Source: an uncultured Bacteroidales bacterium
Lineage (GTDB): Bacteria > Bacteroidota > Bacteroidia > Bacteroidales > WCHB1-69
NCBI GenBank assembly: GCA_947167635.1
Contig: CAMVIT010000007.1
Span: forward strand, 6,094-70,093
Direction of reading: 5' to 3'
Length of the DNA stretch: 64,000 bases
Each line of letters begins with the position of its first letter. Position 1 is the stretch's first letter. Position numbers and translations under genes: made by a program. Positions 16,750 through 25,933 of the stretch are shown here, in pieces. A model generated the notes under the pieces. That model was not told the origin of the DNA. It did not search any database and was given only the letters and a program-made list of their open reading frames with translations.

Positions 16750-16769
16750 TTATATGGTTTTTCATATAA
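16750..16769. promoter_or_regulatory. palindromic operator candidate TTATATG-N6-CATATAA (site 2)
   Basis: Same arms and same spacer length as site 1, centre-to-centre 40 bp away. Confidence 0.5.
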
Positions 16770-16823
16770 GCACATGATGGTTGTTTATGAATATTTACAC
16801 TATTTGTTAATTCAAAAAATATC

Positions 16824-16831
16824 TATCTTTG
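16824..16831 (+). promoter_or_regulatory. -7 box (tatctttg), with TTTG at 16803-16806, upstream of the GT4 gene
   Basis: Exact TAnnTTTG, 18 nt upstream of the ATG at 16850. An upstream TTTG sits at about the -33 position. Confidence 0.5.
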
Positions 16832-16849
16832 CACTTAAATTTCGTCGTC

Positions 16850-17974
16850 ATGAAAATCATCATTCTCGGAACAGCATACCCCTATCGTGGCGGACTGGCA
16901 GCCTTCAACGAACGGCTGGCCGGCGAGTTCCAAAAGCAAGGACACGAAGTGGAAACATATACTTTCACTTTGCAATATCCGAATTTCCTGTTTCCCGGCA
17001 AAACCCAATACAGCCCGGATCCCGCACCTGAAAATTTGACCATATATCGTAAAGTTAATTCCTGCAATCCGTTCAATTGGCTTAGTGTGGGCAAGGAGAT
17101 CGCCAAAAAGAATGCCGACGCAGTGGTTTTTGCCTATTGGATGTCCTTTATGGCTCCCTGTATGGGCACTATCGCCCGGCAAATACATCGCAACGGTCAT
17201 ACAAAAGTGCTGGCTTTGGTCCACAATATGATACCGCACGAGCCCAACATTCTCGACAAGTTCCTTCCACCCTATTTCGTGAAATCCATGGACGGGTTCA
17301 TGGCCCTCTCTGAATCAGTGGTGCACGATATTGAACATTTTGACAAACGTAACCGCCCCAAACGCTTCTCTCCACACCCTATCTATGATCATTACGGCGA
17401 CCGGTTGCCTCGTGAGCAAGCTCTCTCTTTGCTGAATCTGGATCCGGACTTCCGTTATGTGCTGTTTTTCGGTTTTATCCGAGACTACAAAGGATTGGAT
17501 CTGCTAATCGATGCTTTTGCGGATGAACGACTGAAACAATCCGATATCAAGTTGCTGGTAGCAGGAGAATTCTATGGGGATTCGTCACCTTATCTGCAGA
17601 AAATCCAAGACTTGCAGATCAACGACAAGGTAGTCTTGTTCAACGATTACATTCCCGACCACGAAGTCAACCGCTTCTTCAGTGCCGCCGACATTGTGGC
17701 ACAACCCTACAAAACAGCTACCCAGAGCGGCGTCACACAAATCGCCTTCAATTTTGAAAAGCCGATGCTGGTGACCCGTGTGGGCGGTTTGCCGGAGATT
17801 GTCCCCGACGGCAAAATCGGCTATGTAGTGGAGCCCGACAGCAAACAGATAGCCGATGCCCTGTCTCGTTTCTTCCGTGAACAGAAACAGGAGGAATTTG
17901 AACACAATATTGTAGAAGAGAAGAAGAAGTACGCCTGGTCAACCTTTACCAGTGTCTTGTCTGAGCTGATTTAA
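16850..17974 (+). CDS. glycosyltransferase family 4 (GT-B, GT1/GT4-like)
   Basis: MKIIILGTAYPYRGGLAAF N-terminus. The C-terminal EFYGD...QSGVTQIAFNFEKPMLVTRVGGLPE resembles the E-x7-E region. Confidence 0.8.
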   Translation: MKIIILGTAYPYRGGLAAFNERLAGEFQKQGHEVETYTFTLQYPNFLFPGKTQYSPDPAPENLTIYRKVNSCNPFNWLSVGKEIAKKNADAVVFAYWMSFMAPCMGTIARQIHRNGHTKVLALVHNMIPHEPNILDKFLPPYFVKSMDGFMALSESVVHDIEHFDKRNRPKRFSPHPIYDHYGDRLPREQALSLLNLDPDFRYVLFFGFIRDYKGLDLLIDAFADERLKQSDIKLLVAGEFYGDSSPYLQKIQDLQINDKVVLFNDYIPDHEVNRFFSAADIVAQPYKTATQSGVTQIAFNFEKPMLVTRVGGLPEIVPDGKIGYVVEPDSKQIADALSRFFREQKQEEFEHNIVEEKKKYAWSTFTSVLSELI

Positions 17975-19245
17975 TACCCGAACACCTTCTCCGCCTCTTT
18001 CATCTTCTCTCGCACGGGCACGTCAAACGGGCAGCGGGTCTCGCAGGCGCCACATCCGATGCACTCGCCCGCGTGATGCTCCAGTTTCTTGTACGCGTCA
18101 GCCAGTTCATCCGTCACCTTGCCGGCCTGCTGCGCATCGGCGAGCAGTTTGTTAACCTTTGCGATGTCGATGCCCACAGGACAGGGAGCACAGTGCTTGC
18201 AGTAGGTGCACTCGCCCTTCCCCGCATTCTCACAAGCTTGCGCAGTCGTGGCATTCAATGCGGCATTGTAGTCCTTCTCCGCATCGGTGGCCTTCAGATA
18301 GTGCAGGTACTCATCCAATTTGCCGGCGTTATCGGCACTGCAAAGGCTGACTGCGACACACGGTTTCGACAAGGCGTAGGCCACGCACTGGTCGCGGGTG
18401 AGCGCCTTCTTCAGCGGTGACTTCTCCGCATCCAACAGGCGGTCGCCACCACCATAAGCCTTCATCACCGTGATGGCAATGTTGTGCTGGGTGCAGTAGT
18501 CATACAGTTCCACACGCACCGGGTCAATGCCGGGCAGCATATTGTCAAAGGTTTTGGGATCCCACGGACTGTTTCCAGACTGCACACGGTCGAAGGCGGG
18601 GTTGAGACTGAACATGATGACCTCCACCAGTCCGCTCTTGGCGATGGCAAGGGCCACCTCGGCATTATGACTGCTCACGCCAATATGCTTGATCTTGCCC
18701 TGCTTTTTCAGATCCTGCACATATCGCAGATAATCACTGCCTTGCACAGCCTCCCAATCTTCCATCTTGTCGAAGATGTGCATCATGCCTATGTCGATAT
18801 AGTCAGTATTGAGGCGTTTCAACAGGTCCTCGAAGCCCTTTTTGCACTTGTCCACTTCACGGGTGCGCTCATAGCTCTCGCCGTTCCACCAGCAGCCGAT
18901 GTGGCCTTGGATGATCATCTCGTTGCGGCGGTCGCCAAGACCGTAGCCGATGTTGCTGCGCACCTTGGGATTGGCATCATAGATGTCCATGTAGTTCATG
19001 CCGCGGTCGAGGGCAGCGGTGACCAGCTCACGGGAAGCAGCGGAGTCAATTTCCTCAAAACCACCGCAACCAAGACCTATGACACCCACGCGCAGGCCGG
19101 TGCTGCCGAGAGTGCGGTACTCCATGTCGGGGTTTTCCACGAATTTGGTTTCAGACTTTTTGTTGCTGCAAGAGGCCAGCAACAGCATCGTGCAAAGGAA
19201 AGCGAAGCACGACAGCAGGATGGTGTGGATTTTTTTCATATTCAT
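17971..19245 (-). CDS. aldo/keto reductase fused to a C-terminal 4Fe-4S ferredoxin-type domain, with an N-terminal lipoprotein-like signal
   Basis: AKR core starting MEYRTLGSTGLRVGVIGLGCGG. C-terminal CTYCKHCAPCP and CIGCGACETRCP cysteine clusters. The 40-aa N-terminal extension KKIHTILLSCFAFLCTMLLLASC looks like an SPII signal. An alternative start at 19125 would remove it. Confidence 0.75.
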   Translation of the reverse strand: MNMKKIHTILLSCFAFLCTMLLLASCSNKKSETKFVENPDMEYRTLGSTGLRVGVIGLGCGGFEEIDSAASRELVTAALDRGMNYMDIYDANPKVRSNIGYGLGDRRNEMIIQGHIGCWWNGESYERTREVDKCKKGFEDLLKRLNTDYIDIGMMHIFDKMEDWEAVQGSDYLRYVQDLKKQGKIKHIGVSSHNAEVALAIAKSGLVEVIMFSLNPAFDRVQSGNSPWDPKTFDNMLPGIDPVRVELYDYCTQHNIAITVMKAYGGGDRLLDAEKSPLKKALTRDQCVAYALSKPCVAVSLCSADNAGKLDEYLHYLKATDAEKDYNAALNATTAQACENAGKGECTYCKHCAPCPVGIDIAKVNKLLADAQQAGKVTDELADAYKKLEHHAGECIGCGACETRCPFDVPVREKMKEAEKVFGY

Positions 19246-19292
19246 TGTTTTTATAATTTTGATAATCAGTAGAGAACTATGTATTACACTGT

Positions 19293-20363
19293 TCAGACCG
19301 ACGGTGTGATAAACACCCGCCAGGAGCCATCGGCATCTTTCTCGATATAGTTTCTTTCTTGCATTTTTTGCAGCATCTTTTGAATTGCAGAGCGATTTAT
19401 ACCCACTTCTTCTTGTAGGTAGGCAAATGTTGCTTTAGGTTCAACTTGCAGTTCGCGGAGAATTTTAGCATAGCTCGACGTCCTGAACACTACGCGCTCC
19501 CCATCATACCACCAGATATTTTCATCCTTCTCCGTGATAAACAGCACATCATTTTCCAGCTCTTGGGCAGTTAAATTCTCCATGTGCTTATGGAAGGGCC
19601 GTATGTCTTTCAGGGATGCATGTGCCCCGTCATACGGAACTGCACCTACAATCAGGTCAGCTTGATGTAAGGCTTCCAAATAATCTTTCTTCAATCTGCT
19701 TCGCACGACAATCATAGGATAGTCATGACGGGAAAGAATAAAGTTAAACATCAATCGTGCAATACGGCCATTGCCGTCCTCAAAGGGGTGAATGCGAATG
19801 TATCGGTAATGGAACAGGGTGGCCAACTCCACAGGCGAGAGTTTTCCCTCAGACTCGGCTTGATTGTACCAATCCACAAGGTCGGTCATTAAAGAGGGCG
19901 TCTCTTCGGGAGAAGCATATTCAAAACGGTCGCCATAGCGAGTGATTACACTGTTGGGACGAGTCTTGTATTGCCCTGCATGAATGATATAGCTGGTCTG
20001 CACTCCGCCAGGCAAATTGCGGTAAACCGTATAATCCTCACGAAGTAATGTTTGATGAAGTGTTCTTATAAAACTCTGTGTCAAAGGATGTTTGTTTTCC
20101 GTAGCCTCAGCAATCATCATCTTCAGTCCAACATTACTTGCCTTCATTTCCTCATAGTCGTGAAAGTCAGCCGCACCTGCCACTTTGCCAAACAAGAGCA
20201 GCAATTCTGTCTGGCCGTATGTTAAAGTGTTGCCTTCAATATGGTTGGAATTATAGTTGAAATCAACTGTGAACCGACGGCTCAACCTTTTTTGGTCATT
20301 TTCTGACAATGGCTGAATTGTTCGCCAATTCTCTAATGCTGTTTGCAATCTTTTGTTTTTCAT
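19293..20363 (-). CDS. Fic family protein (class II, internal inhibitory helix) with C-terminal winged-helix domain
   Basis: Fic motif HPFEDGNGRIARLM. N-terminal inhibitory motif SNHIEGN, i.e. (S/T)xxxE(G/N). The C-terminus (FAYLQEEVGINRSAIQKMLQKMQERNYIEK) is wHTH-like. Confidence 0.9.
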   Translation of the reverse strand: MKNKRLQTALENWRTIQPLSENDQKRLSRRFTVDFNYNSNHIEGNTLTYGQTELLLLFGKVAGAADFHDYEEMKASNVGLKMMIAEATENKHPLTQSFIRTLHQTLLREDYTVYRNLPGGVQTSYIIHAGQYKTRPNSVITRYGDRFEYASPEETPSLMTDLVDWYNQAESEGKLSPVELATLFHYRYIRIHPFEDGNGRIARLMFNFILSRHDYPMIVVRSRLKKDYLEALHQADLIVGAVPYDGAHASLKDIRPFHKHMENLTAQELENDVLFITEKDENIWWYDGERVVFRTSSYAKILRELQVEPKATFAYLQEEVGINRSAIQKMLQKMQERNYIEKDADGSWRVFITPSV

Positions 20364-20379
20364 AATAATATACCACTAA

Positions 20380-20405
20380 AATCGGTGGTAACATTACCAC
20401 CGATT
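20380..20405. promoter_or_regulatory. perfect palindrome aatcggtggtaa-ca-ttaccaccgatt between the Fic -7 box and the start codon
   Basis: 12-bp arms with a 2-nt spacer. Additional GGTGG(TA)/TACCAC half-sites at 20371-20376, 20407-20411 and 20442-20448. Confidence 0.5.
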
Positions 20406-20411
20406 CGGTGG

Positions 20412-20419
20412 CAAAAATA
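20412..20419 (-). promoter_or_regulatory. -7 box (tatttttg) of the Fic gene
   Basis: Exact TAnnTTTG, 48 nt upstream of the ATG at 20363. Confidence 0.45.
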
Positions 20420-20469
20420 ACATTTTTATTTGAATAGAAAAGGTGGTATTGAAAAAAATTTTATGGTTA

Positions 20470-20815
20470 GTCTTTGGTCGGGTCGTATGAAAACGATGTC
20501 CCGGTAGGGACAAAAGCTCGGTAGAAATGGGGTGCGTGCGCGGGGAAATCGCGGCGCGGGAGAATGTTGAGACGAGGGTGTGCGTTGCTCGCCGCGAAAC
20601 GGGAGTAGTGTTCGACGAGCCTGCGTGAGGGATTGCAGTGGAAATGATTTTGGTGAGAATGCGCTCCCTGGCGAGACCGAGGTTCCGCTTGACGCTTCGC
20701 GTCTCGCGGAATGATGGTGGGTTCTAAGCCAAAATCATTGGAACGGAAAGCCCGACGGCGCGGCGGCATTTGATGGCGTGTGCGAATGTAACGTGACTCC
20801 TGCCGCCGCGCCGGC
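20470..20815. other. GC-rich, helix-rich non-coding segment (candidate structured RNA or decayed gene)
   Basis: No credible ORF; the 118-aa minus-strand ORF is Arg/Pro/His-rich low-complexity. Complementary pairs: 20643-20653/20729-20739 (11 bp), 20757-20768/20801-20812 (12 bp, GC-only), hairpins at 20498-20511 and 20685-20709, and 20550-20557/20591-20598. Confidence 0.3.
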
Positions 20816-20896
20816 ACGCCCAAATAAAAAAAGTGATGCAGAACCCCTGATTTGTCCCATCAGGTATATTATTCCCAAAAATATTCAGATCTGTTA

Positions 20897-23875
20897 TTAC
20901 CGTTTCACCACCACGCGGCGGGCAAACACCGGCACACCGTCTTTCTCGCCCACCAGCACATAGGCGCCTTCTTCCAACTGGCGCAGTGAAAGTCGCCACT
21001 CGTCCCTCCTGCCCTTCCAAGTACAACACAAACGCCCCTCCATGTTATAGAGTTGCAGCTGATCACAAGAGATGCCAGTCACATAAAGAACATCCGTGGC
21101 GGGGTTGGGATAACATGAGACAGCAGCAAGACCGTATGTCTCAACGCCATAACCTTGGGTATAAATCCATATTGAGTCAGAACTTTGGCAGGGGGAATTG
21201 TCCATGGTAGCCGTAACCGTATAGGTGGTCGGCACCGTTGGACAAACCACAATCTGAGCTGCCGTCTCTCCCGTGCTCCATTGGAAGTGGTCCGCTCCGG
21301 AAGCCGTCAGTGTTGCGCTGTCGGGATAATGCAAATTGGTACTTGAGGCCGTCAACAGGAGCTCCGGATGAGGATGCACGATCAAATGCAGCGTCACCAC
21401 ACTGTCGCAGCCCAGACTGCTGGCAAAAGTCAGTGGATAGTCGCCAGAAGCGCTATATTCGAGGCCGTTCCAAGTGTATGAATCGCAGGTCTCAGCAGTA
21501 AATTCAAACTCGGAAGCTGGAATGACCGAAAGCTGCAGGACGGTGAGCGTGTCGTTGGCATAATAGAAATAGCTGCCAGGGTCCGAGACATGCTGTCCGT
21601 GAAAGTGGAACGTATCCCCGCTGCAGATTTGAGCAGTGATGGTGTCCACATGAGCCACCACTTGCACCACAACATCAGTTGTCACTTCAGCGGCAGCACC
21701 ATCGGCATAGACAGCGGCAATGCGGTAGGTGTAGGAACCCGACTGCGTCACAATATCGTCATAGTAGTTGTTGGAGGTGGTGTCTAACAGGATGCTGTCC
21801 CTGCTGATTCGGTAATGGTCCAACGTTGGTGGAACCGAATGGAATTGGGCCTGCAAGGAGAAATTCCTGCCCACATTGTAAAAGCTCCAGGAGGTGCTGC
21901 CGGAAGCATAATGCCGACACGCCACATCCCCCTTCTCCGGCATATAACCGGCCGTGTTGCCCATGGGGATGGCATAGGATCCCCCCGGGGCTTCCAGATA
22001 AATTCCGTACCACAGTTCCTCGCCAAGCACTATGGGCACGGGAGTCTGTAACGGCACCGAATTCCACGCTCCTGCATTCAGCTGGCTCAGATTCAGCGGC
22101 TGTTCCACCACCAGAGTGCCCGGTTGGATAGTCTGGCCGTCATAACTTCCTCCCTGATAAACCACCAGTTTGCAGGCAGTCACGGCAGACCGGAGATAGA
22201 AGCTGATGTGTGTCAGGCAGGCCGGATAGTAGGCCACCTGGTCGGTGTCAGACATCCGGTACAGGATGGTGCGGGCATAGTTGCTGCCATACCCATAATT
22301 GGTGGCATGGCTGGTCTCGCCGTGTGCGAAGGTCTGCAGGTTTTGGTCAGGCGGACTCCAGGTCAAGTGCACGACAGGCTCCCCATAGGTCGCACCAAGG
22401 TTCTGCGGAGCTCCGTGTTCAAGAGGTATCGACTCTCCTGTCAGGGGGATGACGGTCGTCAGGGTGTCGTAGGTGAGCGTCAATGTTCCGTGATGGCTTG
22501 CAAGCATCGTATCAGCCGACTGATAACGCACATACAGCACTTGGTTGCCGGAAGCCATGAGCACTGTATCCGCAAAGGGGCTTGTCCCGTCGCTGATGGA
22601 AAAGTTCCCGGATGCCACAGCCAGCACATGCTGTCCCCCGTTTTTGCTAAGAACGCGAACCGTGGCCGTGTCCGCGCGGCCGTTCAGACTGTATAGGGTG
22701 AGCTGCCGGGATGTCACTCTCATCAACGGCCGGTCAGTATAGATGTTGATAACCGCCCCCTGAGAGGTGTTGTATTCATGTGAGCCCGGGGTCAAGTCCG
22801 ACAGCAGGAAAAAGCCGTTGTTGGAGCCGCTCCAGCCCCAGTTGAAGTGAAAATAGTCATCGCTGTCGTAGCCGTCGCAGACGAAGGCATGGGCACCCGC
22901 ATCGCCTTGGCCCCGATACAAAACCGGACGCAGATTGTTCAGCTGCCCTTTGATCAAGTTCTTCCAATTGGCAGTGGAATAGTTGCTTTTAGACTTGTAA
23001 GAAGGATTGGAAGTGTATCCGAAATAGGTGGCAAGGGCGCTTGGACTATGGCTGACAGAGGCACTGCTGCCATCGTTACCATAGTCCATCTCCACAGACA
23101 CGCCGCAATGATAGATGAGTTGTGCCACCTGCTGCACCTGGGAAGAGGGTGTGGAGGAGGTCAGCTTGTCGGGCATCTGTGCGTAGTTGTAGGTGGTGGC
23201 GCCAAAAACGGCCGACTCGGTACCGTAGTCACTAACATAGCTATGGCTTCCTATGCCTTGTGACGGATACTCCCAATAACGGATTACCTGCGCCATAGCC
23301 GTGGCCACACAACCAGCGTATGCATGACCGTTGGGACCATCCGAATCCGATGGGCAAAGGTCGTTGTAATAACCATTCTGATCCCAGCGAGTTGACAGCA
23401 GTGGGGGCACCACAACTTCGTTGCGAACCGTCTGAGGGTGCTGTTCTATAATCTGCCGCCACAAGGGGTGTGCTTCGCCAGAAATGTCAGACGTGTTTTG
23501 CAGATAGTCTGCAATCTCGGCAGCATAATCATCCAAAAAATCCGCCATAGCCGGATGCACCCGTTCCAAATCGAAAGATCCTTCGGTAGAATAGGCAATG
23601 ACGGGCGTAACACGACTGTCGGCTGAAACTATCACATAACCGCCACCCATATTATAGACAAAGAAAACCGGCAGCGTGCTGGAGGAACCCGCAACTGGCA
23701 TGTTGTAAGTATATATCTTTTCAGGAAAGAGACCAGCCACGTCCGATTGCGTTTTCCAGTGGTAAAAACGTGTTGCCACCTGTTTGGCTGTAGTACTGTC
23801 AACCGGACTCGCCCATAAGGTGGAGAGTGCGACAAGCAGCCAACTTGACAATATGAAAGTTTTGATGTTTTTCAA
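20897..23875 (-). CDS. C10 family cysteine peptidase (streptopain-like) with Spi-type propeptide and T9SS type A sorting domain
   Basis: Signal peptide, then the propeptide-like TTAKQVATRFY. Catalytic Cys context AYAGCVATAMAQVIRYWEYP; His context HAFVCDGYD...FHFNWGWSG. The C-terminus (YPNPATDVLYV...LQLYNMEGRL) is a type A CTD. TTG start codon. Confidence 0.85.
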   Translation of the reverse strand: MKNIKTFILSSWLLVALSTLWASPVDSTTAKQVATRFYHWKTQSDVAGLFPEKIYTYNMPVAGSSSTLPVFFVYNMGGGYVIVSADSRVTPVIAYSTEGSFDLERVHPAMADFLDDYAAEIADYLQNTSDISGEAHPLWRQIIEQHPQTVRNEVVVPPLLSTRWDQNGYYNDLCPSDSDGPNGHAYAGCVATAMAQVIRYWEYPSQGIGSHSYVSDYGTESAVFGATTYNYAQMPDKLTSSTPSSQVQQVAQLIYHCGVSVEMDYGNDGSSASVSHSPSALATYFGYTSNPSYKSKSNYSTANWKNLIKGQLNNLRPVLYRGQGDAGAHAFVCDGYDSDDYFHFNWGWSGSNNGFFLLSDLTPGSHEYNTSQGAVINIYTDRPLMRVTSRQLTLYSLNGRADTATVRVLSKNGGQHVLAVASGNFSISDGTSPFADTVLMASGNQVLYVRYQSADTMLASHHGTLTLTYDTLTTVIPLTGESIPLEHGAPQNLGATYGEPVVHLTWSPPDQNLQTFAHGETSHATNYGYGSNYARTILYRMSDTDQVAYYPACLTHISFYLRSAVTACKLVVYQGGSYDGQTIQPGTLVVEQPLNLSQLNAGAWNSVPLQTPVPIVLGEELWYGIYLEAPGGSYAIPMGNTAGYMPEKGDVACRHYASGSTSWSFYNVGRNFSLQAQFHSVPPTLDHYRISRDSILLDTTSNNYYDDIVTQSGSYTYRIAAVYADGAAAEVTTDVVVQVVAHVDTITAQICSGDTFHFHGQHVSDPGSYFYYANDTLTVLQLSVIPASEFEFTAETCDSYTWNGLEYSASGDYPLTFASSLGCDSVVTLHLIVHPHPELLLTASSTNLHYPDSATLTASGADHFQWSTGETAAQIVVCPTVPTTYTVTATMDNSPCQSSDSIWIYTQGYGVETYGLAAVSCYPNPATDVLYVTGISCDQLQLYNMEGRLCCTWKGRRDEWRLSLRQLEEGAYVLVGEKDGVPVFARRVVVKR

Positions 23876-23894
23876 CCTTTATCAATTAAGGGTG

Positions 23895-23902
23895 CAAAAA
23901 TA
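23895..23902 (-). promoter_or_regulatory. -7 box (tatttttg) of the C10 peptidase gene
   Basis: Exact TAnnTTTG, 19 nt upstream of the TTG start at 23875. Confidence 0.45.
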
Positions 23903-24032
23903 AAGAAAAAAACAGTGTTACAGTGTTGTCCGCCAAAAAACAATCCAGACGGAAAACATCTGTCCGGCAGGGACGGCCGGTGAAGTTTGCGATGCGACAA
24001 TGGGCTTGCGGGGGCGTGCCCGGACAGACCTC

Positions 24033-24965
24033 CTACAGTATCCCCTTGAAATACTCTATCGTCTTCATCAGCCCCTCCTGCAATTCCACGGTAGGTTCCC
24101 AATTCAGGACAGCCTTGGCCCTGTCGATGACGGGCTGGCGTTGCTGCGGGTCGTCGGATGCGGCGGGTTTATAGACAATCTTGGATTTGCTGCCGCACAA
24201 TTCAACAACCAGCTCCGCCAACTGTTTGATGGTAAACTCTTTGGGATTTCCCAAGTTAATAGGTCCGATGATGTCGTCATCAGTATCCATCATGGCGACA
24301 AGACCATTGACAAGGTCGTCGCAGTAACAGAAACTGCGGGTTTGCTCGCCCGTGCCGTAAATGGTGATGTCCTCGCCGCGCAGAGCCTGCACGATGAAGT
24401 TGGAGACCACTCGCCCGTCATTCACATACATGCGGGGACCGTAGGTATTGAAGATGCGCACCACCTTGATGCGCACGTCATTCTGCCGGTGATAGTCGAA
24501 AAAGAGCGTCTCCGCACAACGCTTGCCCTCGTCATAGCACGAGCGCACACCGATAGGATTCACATTGCCCCAATACTCCTCAGGCTGCGGATGCACAAAA
24601 GGATCGCCATAGACCTCGCTGGTAGAAGCCTGTAAAATCTTAACTTTCAAACGCTTGGCTAAACCCAACATGTTTATGGCCCCCATCACGGAAGTTTTCA
24701 CCGTCTTGATGGGATTGTATTGGTAATGTATAGGCGAGGCAGGGCAGGCGAGATTGTAGATCTCATCCACCTCCACAAAGAAGGGGAAAGTCACATCGTG
24801 CCGAATGACTTCAAAATAAGGGTTTCTCATCAAATGGATGATATTGTCTTTGTTGCCCGTGAAATAGTTGTCAAGGCAAATCACTTCGTGTCCGTCTTTG
24901 AGCAGCCGCTCGCAGAGGTGAGACCCCAAGAATCCGGCGCCGCCGGTGACAAGAATCTTCTTCAT
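24033..24965 (-). CDS. UDP-glucuronate decarboxylase (UDP-xylose synthase), SDR family
   Basis: [22 protein letters not shown]...[15 protein letters not shown] catalytic region. The ATG at 24965 is supported by the -7 box. The track's longer N-terminus would lie upstream of the promoter. Confidence 0.9.
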   Translation of the reverse strand: MKKILVTGGAGFLGSHLCERLLKDGHEVICLDNYFTGNKDNIIHLMRNPYFEVIRHDVTFPFFVEVDEIYNLACPASPIHYQYNPIKTVKTSVMGAINMLGLAKRLKVKILQASTSEVYGDPFVHPQPEEYWGNVNPIGVRSCYDEGKRCAETLFFDYHRQNDVRIKVVRIFNTYGPRMYVNDGRVVSNFIVQALRGEDITIYGTGEQTRSFCYCDDLVNGLVAMMDTDDDIIGPINLGNPKEFTIKQLAELVVELCGSKSKIVYKPAASDDPQQRQPVIDRAKAVLNWEPTVELQEGLMKTIEYFKGIL

Positions 24966-24989
24966 ATATCGCAATTGTTTATAGAGGTG

Positions 24990-24997
24990 CAAAAATA
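24990..24997 (-). promoter_or_regulatory. -7 box (tatttttg) of the UDP-glucuronate decarboxylase gene
   Basis: Exact TAnnTTTG, 24 nt upstream of the ATG at 24965. Confidence 0.45.
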
Positions 24998-25075
24998 GTA
25001 AAAAAGGTGCTGAACAAGGTCCCTGTTCTGATGAATCATAAAAATATCGCCATTGTTTCAAACACCCCATATCAA

Positions 25076-25933
25076 TCAGGTTCTGGCCATCATTCCCATC
25101 ATCTTGTACACCAACGAGGCGGCGAGCACATCACTGGCAACATTACCCGCAATGGGGCACAACTCCACCACGTCGAAGCCAACCACACGTTTAACACGGA
25201 ACACCCGCTCAAGAACGGCCAGTGTGGGATACCACTGCAGTCCGCCAGGCAGCGGTGTGCCAGTGGCAGGCAGAATCGAGGGGTCGAAGCCGTCAAGATC
25301 GAATGAGATATAGACATTGTCGGTGAGGCGGTCAAGCAGCTTTTCCACCCAGTCCGTTCGTCCCACAATGTCGTGGGCGTAGAAGACATTCTCGGGCACA
25401 ACGTGGCACTGTTCCTCTTCGCAGACATTACGGATTCCGACCTGCACCACACGCGCATACTCTTGGGCGCGACGCATCACACAGGCATGGTTGTAGGGCG
25501 AGCCATGATACGCATCGCGCAAATCCGCGTGCGCATCGAATTGCAGCACTGTCAGATCGGGGAAGCACTCGCTCATGGCACGAATAGCCCCCGTGGAAAC
25601 GGAGTGTTCGCCGCCCAGAAGGGCAACCTGCTTACCCATTTCCAGAAAGTGGCGTACCCGTTCATAGACAGACTGCACCATCGCCTCCGGCGTGGACAGA
25701 TCGTACTCGTAATGGTCGGTATAAATGCCATCGCGATAGGTCTCGGTGCCGTACTGCACATCGAAGAGTTCAAGGCTGTCGGAAGCATCAAGAATGGCCT
25801 GCGGCCCCTTGTCGGCTCCCTTGACGAAGGTGCTGGTGCCATCGTAGGGCACGCTCAGGAGGACATGGCGGGCCTGTTCCAGCTGCAGGAACTCGTCATC
25901 CATGTCAAGAAAATGGTCCATGTGTTTTATCAT
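25076..25933 (-). CDS. speB: agmatinase (arginase/ureohydrolase family)
   Basis: Mn-binding blocks [27 protein letters not shown] overlap with the uvrA stop. Confidence 0.85.
   Translation of the reverse strand: MIKHMDHFLDMDDEFLQLEQARHVLLSVPYDGTSTFVKGADKGPQAILDASDSLELFDVQYGTETYRDGIYTDHYEYDLSTPEAMVQSVYERVRHFLEMGKQVALLGGEHSVSTGAIRAMSECFPDLTVLQFDAHADLRDAYHGSPYNHACVMRRAQEYARVVQVGIRNVCEEEQCHVVPENVFYAHDIVGRTDWVEKLLDRLTDNVYISFDLDGFDPSILPATGTPLPGGLQWYPTLAVLERVFRVKRVVGFDVVELCPIAGNVASDVLAASLVYKMMGMMART

Noticed and set aside
20467-20823. 118-aa minus-strand ORF in the GC-rich spacer
   Set aside because: The composition is Arg/Pro/His-rich with no hydrophobic core pattern, no start-codon context and no promoter box. 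I treated the region as non-coding (see the finding).
20846-20864. 6-bp stem-loop (cctgat..atcagg) after the C10 peptidase gene, considered as its terminator
   Set aside because: The stem is short and the T-run on the minus strand begins only about 14 nt after it. It is too weak to call.
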